Notes: generated by a model from the sequence alone, not told the origin. Numbered from the stretch's first letter, positions 44,125 through 54,242 are shown. The stretch: DNA of 64,000 nt from Minisyncoccota bacterium (GCA_022842645.1 JALHPE010000002.1:1322-65321), one strand, 5' to 3'. A program made the numbers and translations.

Positions 44125-46272
44125 CTACTGAAGCTCCGGCATTGGAATGTTCAAGCTTGCGCAGTGAACCATATTGATCCAACGCTGCGTAGTCTTGAAC
44201 ACATATCCTGTTGGAGTGTTTTCAGGAAGACCAAATGAGCTCCACGGCTTCAAGACTTCGTTTTTGTACTTGAGCTGGAACGCATTCACCGCATTCTCTG
44301 TTTCTTCTCCAAAGATACCGTTTACTTCAAGTGAGAGACCAAGCTCGCTATTCAAGAAGTTTTGCAATTTCTTTACTTCTTCAATATCGTTTGTGCGACC
44401 GATATGCATGTAGGTGGTGATAAGTGCAGAGCAGGTGTCATCTAAGGTAGCGACACCAAGTACATCGCCACCAATCGGATTTTCTTCAGAAGTATCTGAC
44501 TTGCTCTCACAGCCCGGATCGTTCATGTCGTAGAGACCATCGCCGTCGTCGTCGACGTTGTTGCCACAGGCTTTCTTAATTCCTTTCCCAGATGTTTTTG
44601 GGGTCTCGGTGACTTCTGGCTCAGAAGTTTCTTCCTCACCACCCTCGTTGCTTACGCAGTTCGGGAACGTTCCGCTCTGGCCTTCTGGGCACACTTCGGG
44701 CGTTGGTTCGGAGCAGTTTGGAGGCGTTCCAACCTGTCCCTCTGGGCATGTTTCTGGTTCGGGGGTTACGCAGTTAGGGAATACGCCAACCTGACCCTCA
44801 GGGCATGATATGACGACAGGGACGCATGCTGGTGGTACACCAACCGTTCCTTCTGGGCAGACTTCAGGAACCACGGGAACACACGCAGGAGGAACTCCCA
44901 CGGTGCCTTCTGGGCATGTTGGTGGAGGAGGGGTGACGCAATTAGGGGGCGTGCCGGTCTGTCCCTCTGGGCACACGCCGTTTGGTGTCGGGTCACATGG
45001 ATCACCCGTTCCATCGTTGTCGCTATCAAGCTGGTTGGTATTTGCGTGTGACGGACAGTTGTCGGAAGAATCAGGAATAGTGTCAGCGTCAGTGTCTATG
45101 ACTGGTGGTGGAACACATTGCTGCGTGCCAACGTTCCAGGTGTTTGGCGCCAAGCACTGTGCGTCGAGGCAAGGGCCAGCGACTTGCATGCCAGTCACAT
45201 TGGGGCATGCGTCGACTGGAGGTGGTGGCATGACGCATGAGCTGCTATTCCAGGTGCCGCCATCTTGTACGCAGGTGTCATTTGCACATGGTCCTGATGT
45301 TTGAGTACCAGGAACCTGTGGACACGCATCAGGTGTGGGGATGTTGACCTGGAACGAATACACTGAGTCTCCCGAGCTTTCTGCGCCGGGTGGTGTTTGG
45401 TGGTAGAGCTTCACCGTAATCGTGTAGATGCCAGCAGCTGCGTAGGTGATGGAATTACTCCATGTGCCCGTAAAGTTTTTCGGGCCGCCCGCAGGATCAA
45501 TGAAGTTCGTGGTGGAGGTGTTATCAATCACGCTGTTACCCCAGTTCACTTGCACATCATGTGCGCTCAACTGACCAACATAGGGCGTGCCTTCACCAGT
45601 TCCAGTGAGGGTAAGGGTGAGACCCGAAATTGAAACGGGTTGGTTTACAGTAACTGCATAGTTCGAGGAATCAGTAATAGTGATGCCATCGACACGGAAG
45701 TATTCGTCGGAGCTATTGGTATTTGCCTTAAAGCGAAGGCGAAATGTCGTGTTGTCGAGACTGTTCGGAAGGTTGAATGCATTTTGTGTTGTCCACGACG
45801 CATCATCGCGCATGTCGTGATTCTGAAGCTGGCTCCATCCGCTCGCATCAGTGCAGCTTCCCGATCCCGCTTTATATTCGACGATGCCATCATCGGCGTT
45901 ACTGCCAGCGTCGGAGTCGCCGCGCCAATAGTAGGAAAGCTTGAGGCCCTCGCGATTTGCAGCGTTAATTTCGCGACAGATCCACTCACCCTGTGCAATT
46001 TTTGCAAATGCACCGGCATCAGGACTTGCCGAATCATTGCCGCTTCCAGCAGCTTGCGCGAGCGTGCTCGAATCGCTGTCCGTTCCTTCCTCATCCCAGT
46101 TCGGGATATCGTTTATGGTTACGGTGCCGAAGCTCTCTAGCGGCAAGACGGTAATTGCATGTGCAATACCAGGAATAATAGGAGCGAGCGATGAGCCAGT
46201 TATCACGGTGATGATAAACAAACTCAACGCTTTATGCGCGAGAGAACCTCGCAGTTGTGTTGCGTATAACAT
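44125..46272 (-). CDS. Large secreted/cell-surface protein with thrombospondin type-3-like Ca-binding repeats, Cys-rich CPEGxVGxPPxCV repeats and C-terminal PG-binding-like domain
   Basis: Signal peptide. DTDADTIPDSSDNCPSHANTNQLDSDNDGTGDPCD. At least six repeats of the CPEG(T/Q)VG(V/T)PP(A/N)CV motif. C-terminal NGIFGEETENAVNAFQ. Confidence 0.5.
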   Translation of the reverse strand: MLYATQLRGSLAHKALSLFIITVITGSSLAPIIPGIAHAITVLPLESFGTVTINDIPNWDEEGTDSDSSTLAQAAGSGNDSASPDAGAFAKIAQGEWICREINAANREGLKLSYYWRGDSDAGSNADDGIVEYKAGSGSCTDASGWSQLQNHDMRDDASWTTQNAFNLPNSLDNTTFRLRFKANTNSSDEYFRVDGITITDSSNYAVTVNQPVSISGLTLTLTGTGEGTPYVGQLSAHDVQVNWGNSVIDNTSTTNFIDPAGGPKNFTGTWSNSITYAAAGIYTITVKLYHQTPPGAESSGDSVYSFQVNIPTPDACPQVPGTQTSGPCANDTCVQDGGTWNSSSCVMPPPPVDACPNVTGMQVAGPCLDAQCLAPNTWNVGTQQCVPPPVIDTDADTIPDSSDNCPSHANTNQLDSDNDGTGDPCDPTPNGVCPEGQTGTPPNCVTPPPPTCPEGTVGVPPACVPVVPEVCPEGTVGVPPACVPVVISCPEGQVGVFPNCVTPEPETCPEGQVGTPPNCSEPTPEVCPEGQSGTFPNCVSNEGGEEETSEPEVTETPKTSGKGIKKACGNNVDDDGDGLYDMNDPGCESKSDTSEENPIGGDVLGVATLDDTCSALITTYMHIGRTNDIEEVKKLQNFLNSELGLSLEVNGIFGEETENAVNAFQLKYKNEVLKPWSSFGLPENTPTGYVFKTTQRWINMVHCASLNIPMPELQ

Positions 46273-46431
46273 GCTAAATATGGCTTAAAGCCTTGTTAAT
46301 TACCCCTCATAATCAACAGATCAGAAAAAGAAAAACACCCGTTAGGGGGTGTCGCTGCAAAGACCCTACTACGTTTCTAAAAAAGCACAAGGTTGTGGGA
46401 ATGTTGCGAGGGTAGATGGTAGAATGGGGGG

Positions 46432-46798
46432 TATGGACATTCGTCTTAAGGCAAAAAAACAGGTGGCGTTAACAACCGCCATTCAGAAGTATCTTGATAC
46501 GCGTTTGCGCTCACTCGAACGACTGTTGGGTTCGCACGCTGAGCTTGCCCGCTGTGAAGTAGAGCTCGGTCGTGCTGCAGGAAAGAAGCACCAAAGCGAC
46601 CACATGTGGTTTGCAGAGGTTCACATTAAAGCACCCGGTGGCATATCGGCATATGCAAAAAATCACGCCGCATCGGTGAACGCCGCAATCGATGATGTAA
46701 AAGAAGAAGTGGAACGTCAGCTCCGCACCGCTAAAAAGGTGCGTGTGACGAAAAGAAAGAAGCAGGGAAGAGAGGCAAAGCACGCACTTCGCGGCTAA
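46432..46798 (+). CDS. hpf: Ribosome hibernation-promoting factor / RaiA (S30AE family)
   Basis: MDIRLKAKKQVALTTAIQKYLDTRL...HMWFAEVHIKAPGG. Confidence 0.7.
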
Positions 46799-46804
46799 AA
46801 AGAA

Positions 46805-46832
46805 ACGCGCCGGGTCGTAAGACTCGGCGCGT
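46805..46832. terminator. Bidirectional terminator hairpin
   Basis: ACGCGCCGGGTC-gtaa-GACTCGGCGCGT. Confidence 0.5.
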
Positions 46833-46850
46833 ATTGTATCTGCGTGCTCC

Positions 46851-47084
46851 TTAGCACAAGGCAGCTTCGACGAAGGTGCCGTGGTTGATGCGGACCTTCC
46901 ACTGCTTACGGTCACGTGTCTTGACGACGACCTGCAGCGTTCCGCCTTCATCGGTCTGCATGTCCTGTTGGACATCAACAATTTGTATCGGTTTGTTGCC
47001 CCGAGGTTCCCAGCTGGCAAGAGCAGATGCAATCTGCTTTTTTACCATCTGACTTCCTTTTTCTCCAAGCTCGCGCAGCTTCAT
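46851..47084 (-). CDS. Hypothetical small protein
   Basis: 77-aa ORF from MKLRELGEK. Confidence 0.3.
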   Translation of the reverse strand: MKLRELGEKGSQMVKKQIASALASWEPRGNKPIQIVDVQQDMQTDEGGTLQVVVKTRDRKQWKVRINHGTFVEAALC

Positions 47085-47167
47085 GGGGTACGTTCTCCTT
47101 TGTACATTTCCCCGGCCTGCCACTACTCTCTCCTAACTCATAAAAACAGTCAATCCGCAATCCACAC

Positions 47168-48031
47168 CTAGAGCGGTTTTGCACCCGAACGCACAAAAGC
47201 TTCGTAGGCCATCTCACCCTTACCCTCCGGCTTCACGGTTTCTATTACAAACCGCTCACCCTCGCGGTGTGCTTTCACGATAATGGTGCGGATCCTTTTT
47301 TTGTCACGCTCAAAGTAGGTGTAGATTCCAGGCCACCCAAAATACGCACGGAATTTTCGATCGTTTATTTCTGCAGAATCGGAAAGACTCACCAGCCCGT
47401 CTTCTTTTGAAATTTTTCCGCAGTGTGTCGTGGCAGATTCATCCTGCACTTCTTCAGGGAGCGTTCCTTCTGCGAGCGCAGGGAAAATGCCGACGAGCAG
47501 CTCTTTTGCGATGCCATTTAAGCGTGCGCGGAGCGCAGGCGCCGTTTCACCTTTCTCAATCGCAGTTCTTTCAAGTGCGACAAGAGGTCCCGCGTCGAGC
47601 TTGTGCACGATACGTTGGATTGCAACACCGGTTTCAGCATCGCCCGCAAGTATCGCGCTCTCCACAGGAGTTGCACCGCGCCAGCGGGGGAGGAGGGAAT
47701 AGTGAATGTTATACATCGGGAGCACGTCGAGGAGTGCTTGGGGGAGGATTTTGCCGTAGGCAACGACAACAGCAAACTCAAGTTTGTAGTTGGTAGACTG
47801 TAGTGTGTAGATAAAGTCAGAATCTAATTTTTCGGGCTTGAGGACGGGAATGCCGCGCTCGCGCCCCCAGGCTGCAACCGCGGTTTCTTTCATTTCCATT
47901 CCGCGTCCTTGCGGCCTATCCGGCATCGTCACAATGACGGCAGGCAGTCCGCCAGCCGGGAAACCCGCACCCTCAAGTGCTTCAAGAATCTCAACCGCAA
48001 GTGTCGGTGTCCCGAAGAAAGCGAAATTCAT
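47168..48031 (-). CDS. fmt: Methionyl-tRNA formyltransferase
   Basis: NIHYSLLPRWRGATPVESAIL. Confidence 0.85.
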   Translation of the reverse strand: MNFAFFGTPTLAVEILEALEGAGFPAGGLPAVIVTMPDRPQGRGMEMKETAVAAWGRERGIPVLKPEKLDSDFIYTLQSTNYKLEFAVVVAYGKILPQALLDVLPMYNIHYSLLPRWRGATPVESAILAGDAETGVAIQRIVHKLDAGPLVALERTAIEKGETAPALRARLNGIAKELLVGIFPALAEGTLPEEVQDESATTHCGKISKEDGLVSLSDSAEINDRKFRAYFGWPGIYTYFERDKKRIRTIIVKAHREGERFVIETVKPEGKGEMAYEAFVRSGAKPL

Positions 48032-48038
48032 TTTGCTG

Positions 48039-48581
48039 TTATAGCACAAGCTCGGAAGTACTGAGTATCAACCCGAGCATGGTACCAGCAAAAAGGAAGA
48101 GAACGATCCACGCTAAAACTTGGAATCGCCAATCATAACCAATGGGTTCTGGGCGCGAGAGACGGTTTACACTACTTACGAGTATCCATGTAATGGTTCC
48201 AGAAAGCAGCAACATACCGAGTACGATTGCTAAGATATCGAGTAAGGGTTGTGCAAAGAAGACGATTTCGTATGTGCCATTCATTGCCATCTGGGCGAGA
48301 AATATGCTTCCGATCAACAAATCTGCAGTTCCGAGCAAAAAAAGACCTACAATAAGTTGTATAACAAAGTCTTTTCGTTGAGGGAGGAGTGCTGGAAGTT
48401 GTGCAGCGATATATCCATAACCAAGTGCAGAAATTACAACGACAATAAGTGTTGGCACAAGTGCGATATCGATTCGGGGGTTTTGGATAAATACCGACGC
48501 GATATGAAAACTATCCCAAGCAGCACTTAGTGCAAAAAATCCAATGAGTAGTCGCAGTGTCGTTAATGACTCCTTCAACAT
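48039..48581 (-). CDS. Hypothetical membrane protein (5-6 TM)
   Basis: Hydrophobic profile. Lies between def and fmt. Confidence 0.4.
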   Translation of the reverse strand: MLKESLTTLRLLIGFFALSAAWDSFHIASVFIQNPRIDIALVPTLIVVVISALGYGYIAAQLPALLPQRKDFVIQLIVGLFLLGTADLLIGSIFLAQMAMNGTYEIVFFAQPLLDILAIVLGMLLLSGTITWILVSSVNRLSRPEPIGYDWRFQVLAWIVLFLFAGTMLGLILSTSELVL

Positions 48582-48584
48582 AAT

Positions 48585-49157
48585 TTATGTTTTTTGTTTT
48601 CCACTATCTTGTTCATCATACACCTCCGTCGCCTTATCTATATAGAGAACACCATCAAGGTGATCCATCTCATGTTGAAAAATGTGTGCAAGAAGACCCG
48701 AGGCGCCACGGGTGAACTTTTTGCCATGTTCGTCGTAAGCAGTGATAGTCGCTTTTTCCGCGCGCGGAACCATGCCCCACTTACCACGAATCGAAAGACA
48801 GCCTTCATGCTTATCTTTTTTTGCGCGCGAGAGTTTAGTTAAGACGGGATTGATATAAACTTGGTCGGACACGGCTTCGACTTTCGAACTTCGAGCTTCC
48901 GCGGAATCGTCTTTTACGCCGCGCTTTGTCGATGCTTTTTCGCGCTTTGCAATCGCTGAGCCGGCAACAATGAAAAGTCGCACTGATTCTCCCACCTGTG
49001 GCGCAGCAAGCGCTACGCCATACTCTTCTTTGGCAAGAAGTTTTTTCATCTCGGCGATAAGGGTGAGTATGCGAGCACTCCCAATCTCGTCTTTGGGAAT
49101 TCCTTCCGCGATAGCGCGGAGTGCTGGGTGTTCTTTCTGTACGATACTGCGACTCAT
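48585..49157 (-). CDS. def: Peptide deformylase (with about 35-aa insertion)
   Basis: EGCLSIRG and HEMDHLDG metal-binding motifs. Confidence 0.85.
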   Translation of the reverse strand: MSRSIVQKEHPALRAIAEGIPKDEIGSARILTLIAEMKKLLAKEEYGVALAAPQVGESVRLFIVAGSAIAKREKASTKRGVKDDSAEARSSKVEAVSDQVYINPVLTKLSRAKKDKHEGCLSIRGKWGMVPRAEKATITAYDEHGKKFTRGASGLLAHIFQHEMDHLDGVLYIDKATEVYDEQDSGKQKT

Positions 49158-49494
49158 GATGAAGACTATACCGCGTCAATTACAAACAAGAAACGGCTCG
49201 ACCAAAGAATGGTCGAGCCGAATTATGTGGGCGCAAATGTATGCCAGACTCGAAAATTACACCCTCTCGGTCTCTCGCGGGTACATTTGCGCCCTCCTCG
49301 CCTCCATGGTGCGCGGGGCAGATATAGTGCGCAGGTTGGGCGGCGAGGTCTCGGGAGTTGTAGCTGGTCTCCCGAGATAAAGCTTTGTTCCTTATACCAT
49401 AGCCGCCGCTCATGTACAATTCCCCGCATGCAACACATTGGTGCGAGCTTGAAAGAAAAACGAAGCGCACTGCGCCAGACCGAGCGGGGTGAAA

Positions 49495-49694
49495 TAATGA
49501 AATATTTTTGCGACCGTCTCAATCCAAGCAGAATTCGCGACAACCTCCCAAAAATCACTATGGCACGGATGGGGAAGATTCTGGAGCAGATCCCCACGAA
49601 AGATCTCTACTATTTGAAACGCGTGTGCGACGAAGCGGGGAATTTCTCCAAGAAATTCTGGTACGAACTAGACCCCAAAAAACACCAAAATTGA
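49495..49694 (+). CDS. Possible small protein (66 aa)
   Basis: ORF beginning MKYFCDRL. Weak RBS. Confidence 0.25.
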
Positions 49695-49755
49695 CGCTAT
49701 AAAACGATGTGGTACAATATCAGTCTCGTTGTTTAGAAAAAGGAAGGACGAAGAC

Positions 49756-49983
49756 ATGGTCAATCGACAGCCGAATGAGTTCGATAAAATCGAAATTGAA
49801 CTCATTATTGAGGAGACAGAAACGCGAGCTCTGCATGCTGAGCGGGCAGGAAAACCAGACTGCGCAAAGCTCGCCCGCACAACCGTGCACACGTTGGAAG
49901 GGGAACTCGATCGTCGTATTGAAGAACGTAAAAAACTCTTCGATCTCGGTGCCGCGGCTGTGCTCTCAGAAACCGGTATCTAA
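49756..49983 (+). CDS. Small hypothetical protein (75 aa)
   Basis: AAGGAAGG RBS, with a clean rho-independent terminator right after the stop. Confidence 0.35.
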   Translation: MVNRQPNEFDKIEIELIIEETETRALHAERAGKPDCAKLARTTVHTLEGELDRRIEERKKLFDLGAAAVLSETGI

Positions 49984-50002
49984 TCTGCCCGAGAGAGGGC
50001 AC

Positions 50003-50035
50003 AAGCGCTCCGCATTACGGAGCGCTTTCTTTTTC
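50003..50035 (+). terminator. Rho-independent terminator
   Basis: AAGCGCTCCG-catta-CGGAGCGCTT followed by TCTTTTT. Confidence 0.6.
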
Positions 50036-50063
50036 CACACGCACGACTACAATGCGCCTACCC

Positions 50064-51077
50064 ATGGCACTCTTTACACCCAAACTTGGTATCGACCTCG
50101 GGACGACAACCGTGCTGGTCTTCGTCCCTGGGAAAGGTATTGTGCTCAATGAACCGTCGGTTGTCGCCGTCTCCCTTGCCGACAACAGAATCCTCGCCGT
50201 TGGAAATGATGCCAAAGACATGATTGGGCGCACTCCTGATGCGATTCGTGCCTATCGTCCTATGAAAGACGGCGTGATAGCAGACTACCGCGTCACCGAG
50301 GCGATGCTTCGTTACTACATCCGAAAAGCACTTGGCCCATGGAATTTATTCCGACCAGAAGTCATGATCTCTGTTCCTGCGGGGGTCACGTCGACAGAAC
50401 GTCGTGCAGTGGTGGAAGCGGCGACGAAAGCTGGTGCGCGTCAGGCGTATGTCGTCAAAGAACCAATCCTCGCCGCCATTGGCGCGGGCATTCCTATTCA
50501 TGAGGCGCGCGGTCACATGATCGTCGACATTGGCGGAGGCACAACAGACGTTGCGGTGATTTCCCTTGGCGGTATCGTCGCATCCACATCGGTGAAATGT
50601 GCAGGGAACGCTATCGATCATGCAATTGCTGACTACATCAAAAAGAATTTGAATCTTGCAGTCGGGGAGCGTAATTCTGAAGGCATAAAAATCCAAATTG
50701 GCTCTGCTGTCCCGCTTGAAGAAGAGCTATCAATGATGATCAAGGGGCGCGATTATGTCACAGGGCTTCCACGCTCTGTCGAGCTTTCAACGAACGAAAT
50801 AGTAAAAGCTATTTCAAAAGAGCTCCGTACCATGGTGACAGCCATCAAAGATGTGCTTCAAGAAACGCCGCCCGAACTTGCCGCCGATATTATCGACAAC
50901 GGCATCATCATGACGGGAGGCTCCTCTCAACTCCGTAATTTTGCCGAACTCATTTATCGCCGCACTGGCGTGCGAGCGCAAGTCGCAGCAGACGCGCCGT
51001 TTTGTGTCGCAAAGGGAACTGGCGAAGCCCTCAAGCATTTAGATGTCTACAAAAAAGCGATTATCTCCAAGCGTTGA
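50064..51077 (+). CDS. mreB: Rod shape-determining protein MreB (actin-like), copy 1
   Basis: LGIDLGTTTVLVFV, NEPSVVAV and DIGGGTTDVAV. Confidence 0.85.
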   Translation: MALFTPKLGIDLGTTTVLVFVPGKGIVLNEPSVVAVSLADNRILAVGNDAKDMIGRTPDAIRAYRPMKDGVIADYRVTEAMLRYYIRKALGPWNLFRPEVMISVPAGVTSTERRAVVEAATKAGARQAYVVKEPILAAIGAGIPIHEARGHMIVDIGGGTTDVAVISLGGIVASTSVKCAGNAIDHAIADYIKKNLNLAVGERNSEGIKIQIGSAVPLEEELSMMIKGRDYVTGLPRSVELSTNEIVKAISKELRTMVTAIKDVLQETPPELAADIIDNGIIMTGGSSQLRNFAELIYRRTGVRAQVAADAPFCVAKGTGEALKHLDVYKKAIISKR

Positions 51078-51314
51078 CACATAAAGAATAGTATATTTTA
51101 ATACCCCTGTCAGTCTACAAGAGGAAAAAGCAAATGACAAAGATTTTCATTGCCGTTGCTGTGATGATGCTTACGTGTGTCGGTGTAGCAATCCTCCTTG
51201 CGCTTATAACCAATGGATCTGAGAGCGCAAAGAAGGTCGCACAAGAATTCTTCGGTTCACCTCTATGAAACGTGGTGCGCCGTGAAAAAAAGGGGGTCGT
51301 CGGAAGACGGCTCC

Positions 51315-51809
51315 CTACTTTTTTAATTTCTCAATATCAGCAAGGAGTCGCTTGAGGTCCTCTTGAATGGTCACGAGGGTCTGCTTCTGTTCGGCTTTAC
51401 GACGTTCTTCCGCGGCTTCTTCCGTTTCCTCTTCTTCCACAATTTCCTCCACGTCCTCAGAAATTTCCTCAACATCTTCTTGAAGCTCTTCGACGTCTTC
51501 TTGAATTTCGCCGACATCTTCTACGATCTCTTCGACGTCTTCCTGAATCTCCTCAACGTCCTGACTCACTTCCGCAAGGGATTGTCCTTGATAGTTAATT
51601 GTCATTTGAATGAATATGGCGAGATAAATTGCCTCCAAGGAGACAATGGTCGTAAGGACAAGAAGCATGCGATCGAAATCGACAACCTGAAAAAAGGCAA
51701 GCGCAAAACACCCAAGAAAAAAAATCGAATGTAAGATAATAGACGGAGGAGAGCCGACCATGCGCGTGATTTTGAGCGCAGTTTTTTCAATATCGCTTTG
51801 TACGCGCAT
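51315..51809 (-). CDS. Membrane protein (DUF1003-like) with C-terminal acidic heptad repeats (QEDVEEI)x7
   Basis: VSLEAIYLAIFIQMT resembles the DUF1003 core. DNA-level imperfect 21-nt repeats at about 51420-51570. Confidence 0.4.
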   Translation of the reverse strand: MRVQSDIEKTALKITRMVGSPPSIILHSIFFLGCFALAFFQVVDFDRMLLVLTTIVSLEAIYLAIFIQMTINYQGQSLAEVSQDVEEIQEDVEEIVEDVGEIQEDVEELQEDVEEISEDVEEIVEEEETEEAAEERRKAEQKQTLVTIQEDLKRLLADIEKLKK

Positions 51810-51869
51810 GCGCCTAGTGTACTACACTCGAACTTGATACTTGATTGCTTGTACTTGATACTTCTGTGT

Positions 51870-52502
51870 ATGCAGTATGCAGGAGCATATCTTGTAGCCG
51901 GAGGCGCGACGACAGTAGATACGCTTCTCGAGCGTCTGCGCACAGAAGGTGTTGTTGAAATAGGGAGCCCTGATCTTTTTAGTCGTGCATATAGAAAATT
52001 TGGTGTCGAGGAGGCGGAAGACATTCGTGCCCGCATACGTTTGAAGCCGATACGCGATCCGCGTCGTGTCGTTGTATTTTTTGCAGCCGCACCAACTACT
52101 GAGGCACAAAACGCACTTCTCAAGACACTTGAAGAACCAGCAGGAAATCCTCTTTTGTTTATCGTCACTCCCGCGCCAGAGACCCTGCTTGCAACGGTGC
52201 GTTCGCGTACACAGCGATTAGACATCAAAGGGAAGGAAGAAACCGATGTTGAGGCGTTCCTAGGCGCTTCCTTTGAGGAACGCATTCAGATGCTGAAATC
52301 CCTGTACGAACATGACGACGATGGTCGCGACATGGCTGCGGTACGTGGATTTTTGCACGCACTTGAGCGCCGCTTTGCGGAAGTGCCGAATCGCACAGAT
52401 GCGCTTCGCGCCATATATCGTGCTGGGAAGTTTGTGGGGGATAGAGGTTCACTTCTCAAAGCACTTCTTGAGCAGGTGGCTCTCCTTACGCCGAAGTTGT
52501 AG
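51870..52502 (+). CDS. holB: DNA polymerase III delta-prime-like subunit (degenerate P-loop)
   Basis: LKTLEEP and TVRSRTQ motifs. Confidence 0.5.
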   Translation: MQYAGAYLVAGGATTVDTLLERLRTEGVVEIGSPDLFSRAYRKFGVEEAEDIRARIRLKPIRDPRRVVVFFAAAPTTEAQNALLKTLEEPAGNPLLFIVTPAPETLLATVRSRTQRLDIKGKEETDVEAFLGASFEERIQMLKSLYEHDDDGRDMAAVRGFLHALERRFAEVPNRTDALRAIYRAGKFVGDRGSLLKALLEQVALLTPKL

Positions 52503-52508
52503 TAGAAT

Positions 52509-53066
52509 GTGCGCATGGCATACGATTTTAAATCTTTTGAAGTGAAACTTGCGGGAGCAAAAGAATGGCTCGGTCGCGAGTATCAGGGGCTGCGCACAGG
52601 CCGTGCGACGCCAGCAATTCTTGATGGCATTTCAGTGCAAGCCTACGGCTCGATGATGCCACTCAAGCAAGTGGCGACGATTGGTGTCGAGGATGCACGT
52701 TCTCTTCGCGTGCAGGCGTTTGATCCCGGAATTATCAAAGATATTGAGCGCGCGATCACGCAGGCGGATCTTGGCGTGGGCGTCGGCTCCGACGCCTCCG
52801 GTGTGCGCGTGACGTTCCCCGAACTCACCGGCGAGCGTCGCGAGCAGCTCATCAAACTCGCAAAAGCCAAGCTTGAAGATGCGCGCACCACAGTGCGCCA
52901 AGCGCGCGATGAGTGTTGGAAAGATATTCAAGCGCAAGAAGAAGAGGGTGCGATAACCGAAGACGACAAATTTCGCCTGAAAGATGAGATGCAGAAAAAG
53001 GTGGATGCGATGAACGAGGAATTACAGAAAGCGTTTGAGAAGAAAGAAACAGAGATGCACGGATAG
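52509..53066 (+). CDS. frr: Ribosome recycling factor
   Basis: Characteristic RRF length and pattern (…EYQGLRTGRATPAILDGI…). Confidence 0.85.
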   Translation: MRMAYDFKSFEVKLAGAKEWLGREYQGLRTGRATPAILDGISVQAYGSMMPLKQVATIGVEDARSLRVQAFDPGIIKDIERAITQADLGVGVGSDASGVRVTFPELTGERREQLIKLAKAKLEDARTTVRQARDECWKDIQAQEEEGAITEDDKFRLKDEMQKKVDAMNEELQKAFEKKETEMHG

Positions 53067-53067
53067 T

Positions 53068-53155
53068 CTGTAGAAAGTAGTTTGTAGACTGTAGTAAAAT
53101 ACGGTGCAGGCATTTCACTACAAACTAAAGTCTACAAACTACAAACTATTTTTTC
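53068..53155 (+). terminator. Long repeat-containing stem-loop after frr (GTAGTTTGTAGACT units) with T-run
   Basis: GTAGTTTGTAGACTGTAGT ... ACTACAAACTAAAGTCTACAAACTAC followed by TTTTTT. Confidence 0.45.
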
Positions 53156-53156
53156 C

Positions 53157-54242
53157 ATGACAACAGCCCTCCTTGTCCTCGGCATTCTCATTTTTCTCAT
53201 TGTCGTCCATGAGCTTGGGCACTTTTTTGCCGCGAAACTTTTTAAAGTAAAGGTTGAAGAGTTTGGTATTGGGTATCCACCACGAGCCTTCACGTTCGGC
53301 ACCTGGGGAGGCACAGAATACACGCTGAATTGGCTTCCGTTTGGCGGCTTCGTGAAGCTGTGGGGCGAGCACGGAGAAACGCATACGCGCGGCAGTTTTG
53401 CAGGCGCACCCAAATACGCACAGGCGATCATTCTCATTGCAGGCGTCACCATGAACGCGCTCGCTGCCTATTTTCTTTTTGCAGGCGCGCTTACCGTTGG
53501 TGTGCCGCGCCTCATCACTGATCGGTCACAAATAGAACACGCCGAGCTTCTGGTAAACACGGTTGTACCAGGTTCTCCCGCCGCTGTTGCGGGGCTGCGT
53601 GTGGGTGATGAGATTACGCGCGTTGTGGATGAGAAAGGCGTCGCAGTCAGTCTTGTGCCAGGGGATGTGGTGAATTACGTTGGCGAGCGCGGCGGAAAGC
53701 CGCTTGAAGTCACCTATCGCCGTGAACAAGAAATTCTCACGGCAACCATGATTCCTGCACATGCTGTTGTGGAGGGAAGTGCGAACAGGCCCGCGGTTGG
53801 GATTGGTTTAATGCTCGTTACCGATGATGCGCTCCCACTTGGTGCGGCGTTTAAAGAGGCTGGCACACGTACGAAAATCGCATTTGTTGAAACAGCAAAA
53901 GGCTTGTGGAAACTTCTGCGTGATGCGGCCGGAGGGTCGCCAAACATCAAAGAAATCGTTGGTCCCGTGGGTCTTTTCGATTACGTAGGTAACGCCTCGC
54001 GTCATGGGGTGGGGCAGGTGCTGGCACTCGCGGCATTTATTTCAGTCAATCTCGCCATCATTAATCTCGTGCCGATTCCAGCTCTCGACGGCGGTCGTCT
54101 TTTCCTTCTCGGTATCGAAACCGTCATTCGCCGCCCGCCTCCAAATGTAATCGTAAACCTCTTCAACTTTGCCGGCATCCTCCTCATCATCGTCCTCATG
54201 ATTGCGGTCACCTACAACGATATTGCGCGGTTGCTCTCATAA
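53157..54242 (+). CDS. rseP: RIP metalloprotease RseP (site-2 protease, M50, with PDZ)
   Basis: HELGHFFAAK HExxH motif. C-terminal LDGG motif. Confidence 0.8.
   Translation: MTTALLVLGILIFLIVVHELGHFFAAKLFKVKVEEFGIGYPPRAFTFGTWGGTEYTLNWLPFGGFVKLWGEHGETHTRGSFAGAPKYAQAIILIAGVTMNALAAYFLFAGALTVGVPRLITDRSQIEHAELLVNTVVPGSPAAVAGLRVGDEITRVVDEKGVAVSLVPGDVVNYVGERGGKPLEVTYRREQEILTATMIPAHAVVEGSANRPAVGIGLMLVTDDALPLGAAFKEAGTRTKIAFVETAKGLWKLLRDAAGGSPNIKEIVGPVGLFDYVGNASRHGVGQVLALAAFISVNLAIINLVPIPALDGGRLFLLGIETVIRRPPPNVIVNLFNFAGILLIIVLMIAVTYNDIARLLS

Noticed and set aside
49128-49694. 188-aa ORF spanning the def upstream region
   Set aside because: It crosses hairpin-rich non-coding sequence and has no motifs. 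Only the last 66 codons, from MKYFCDRL, have a plausible start.
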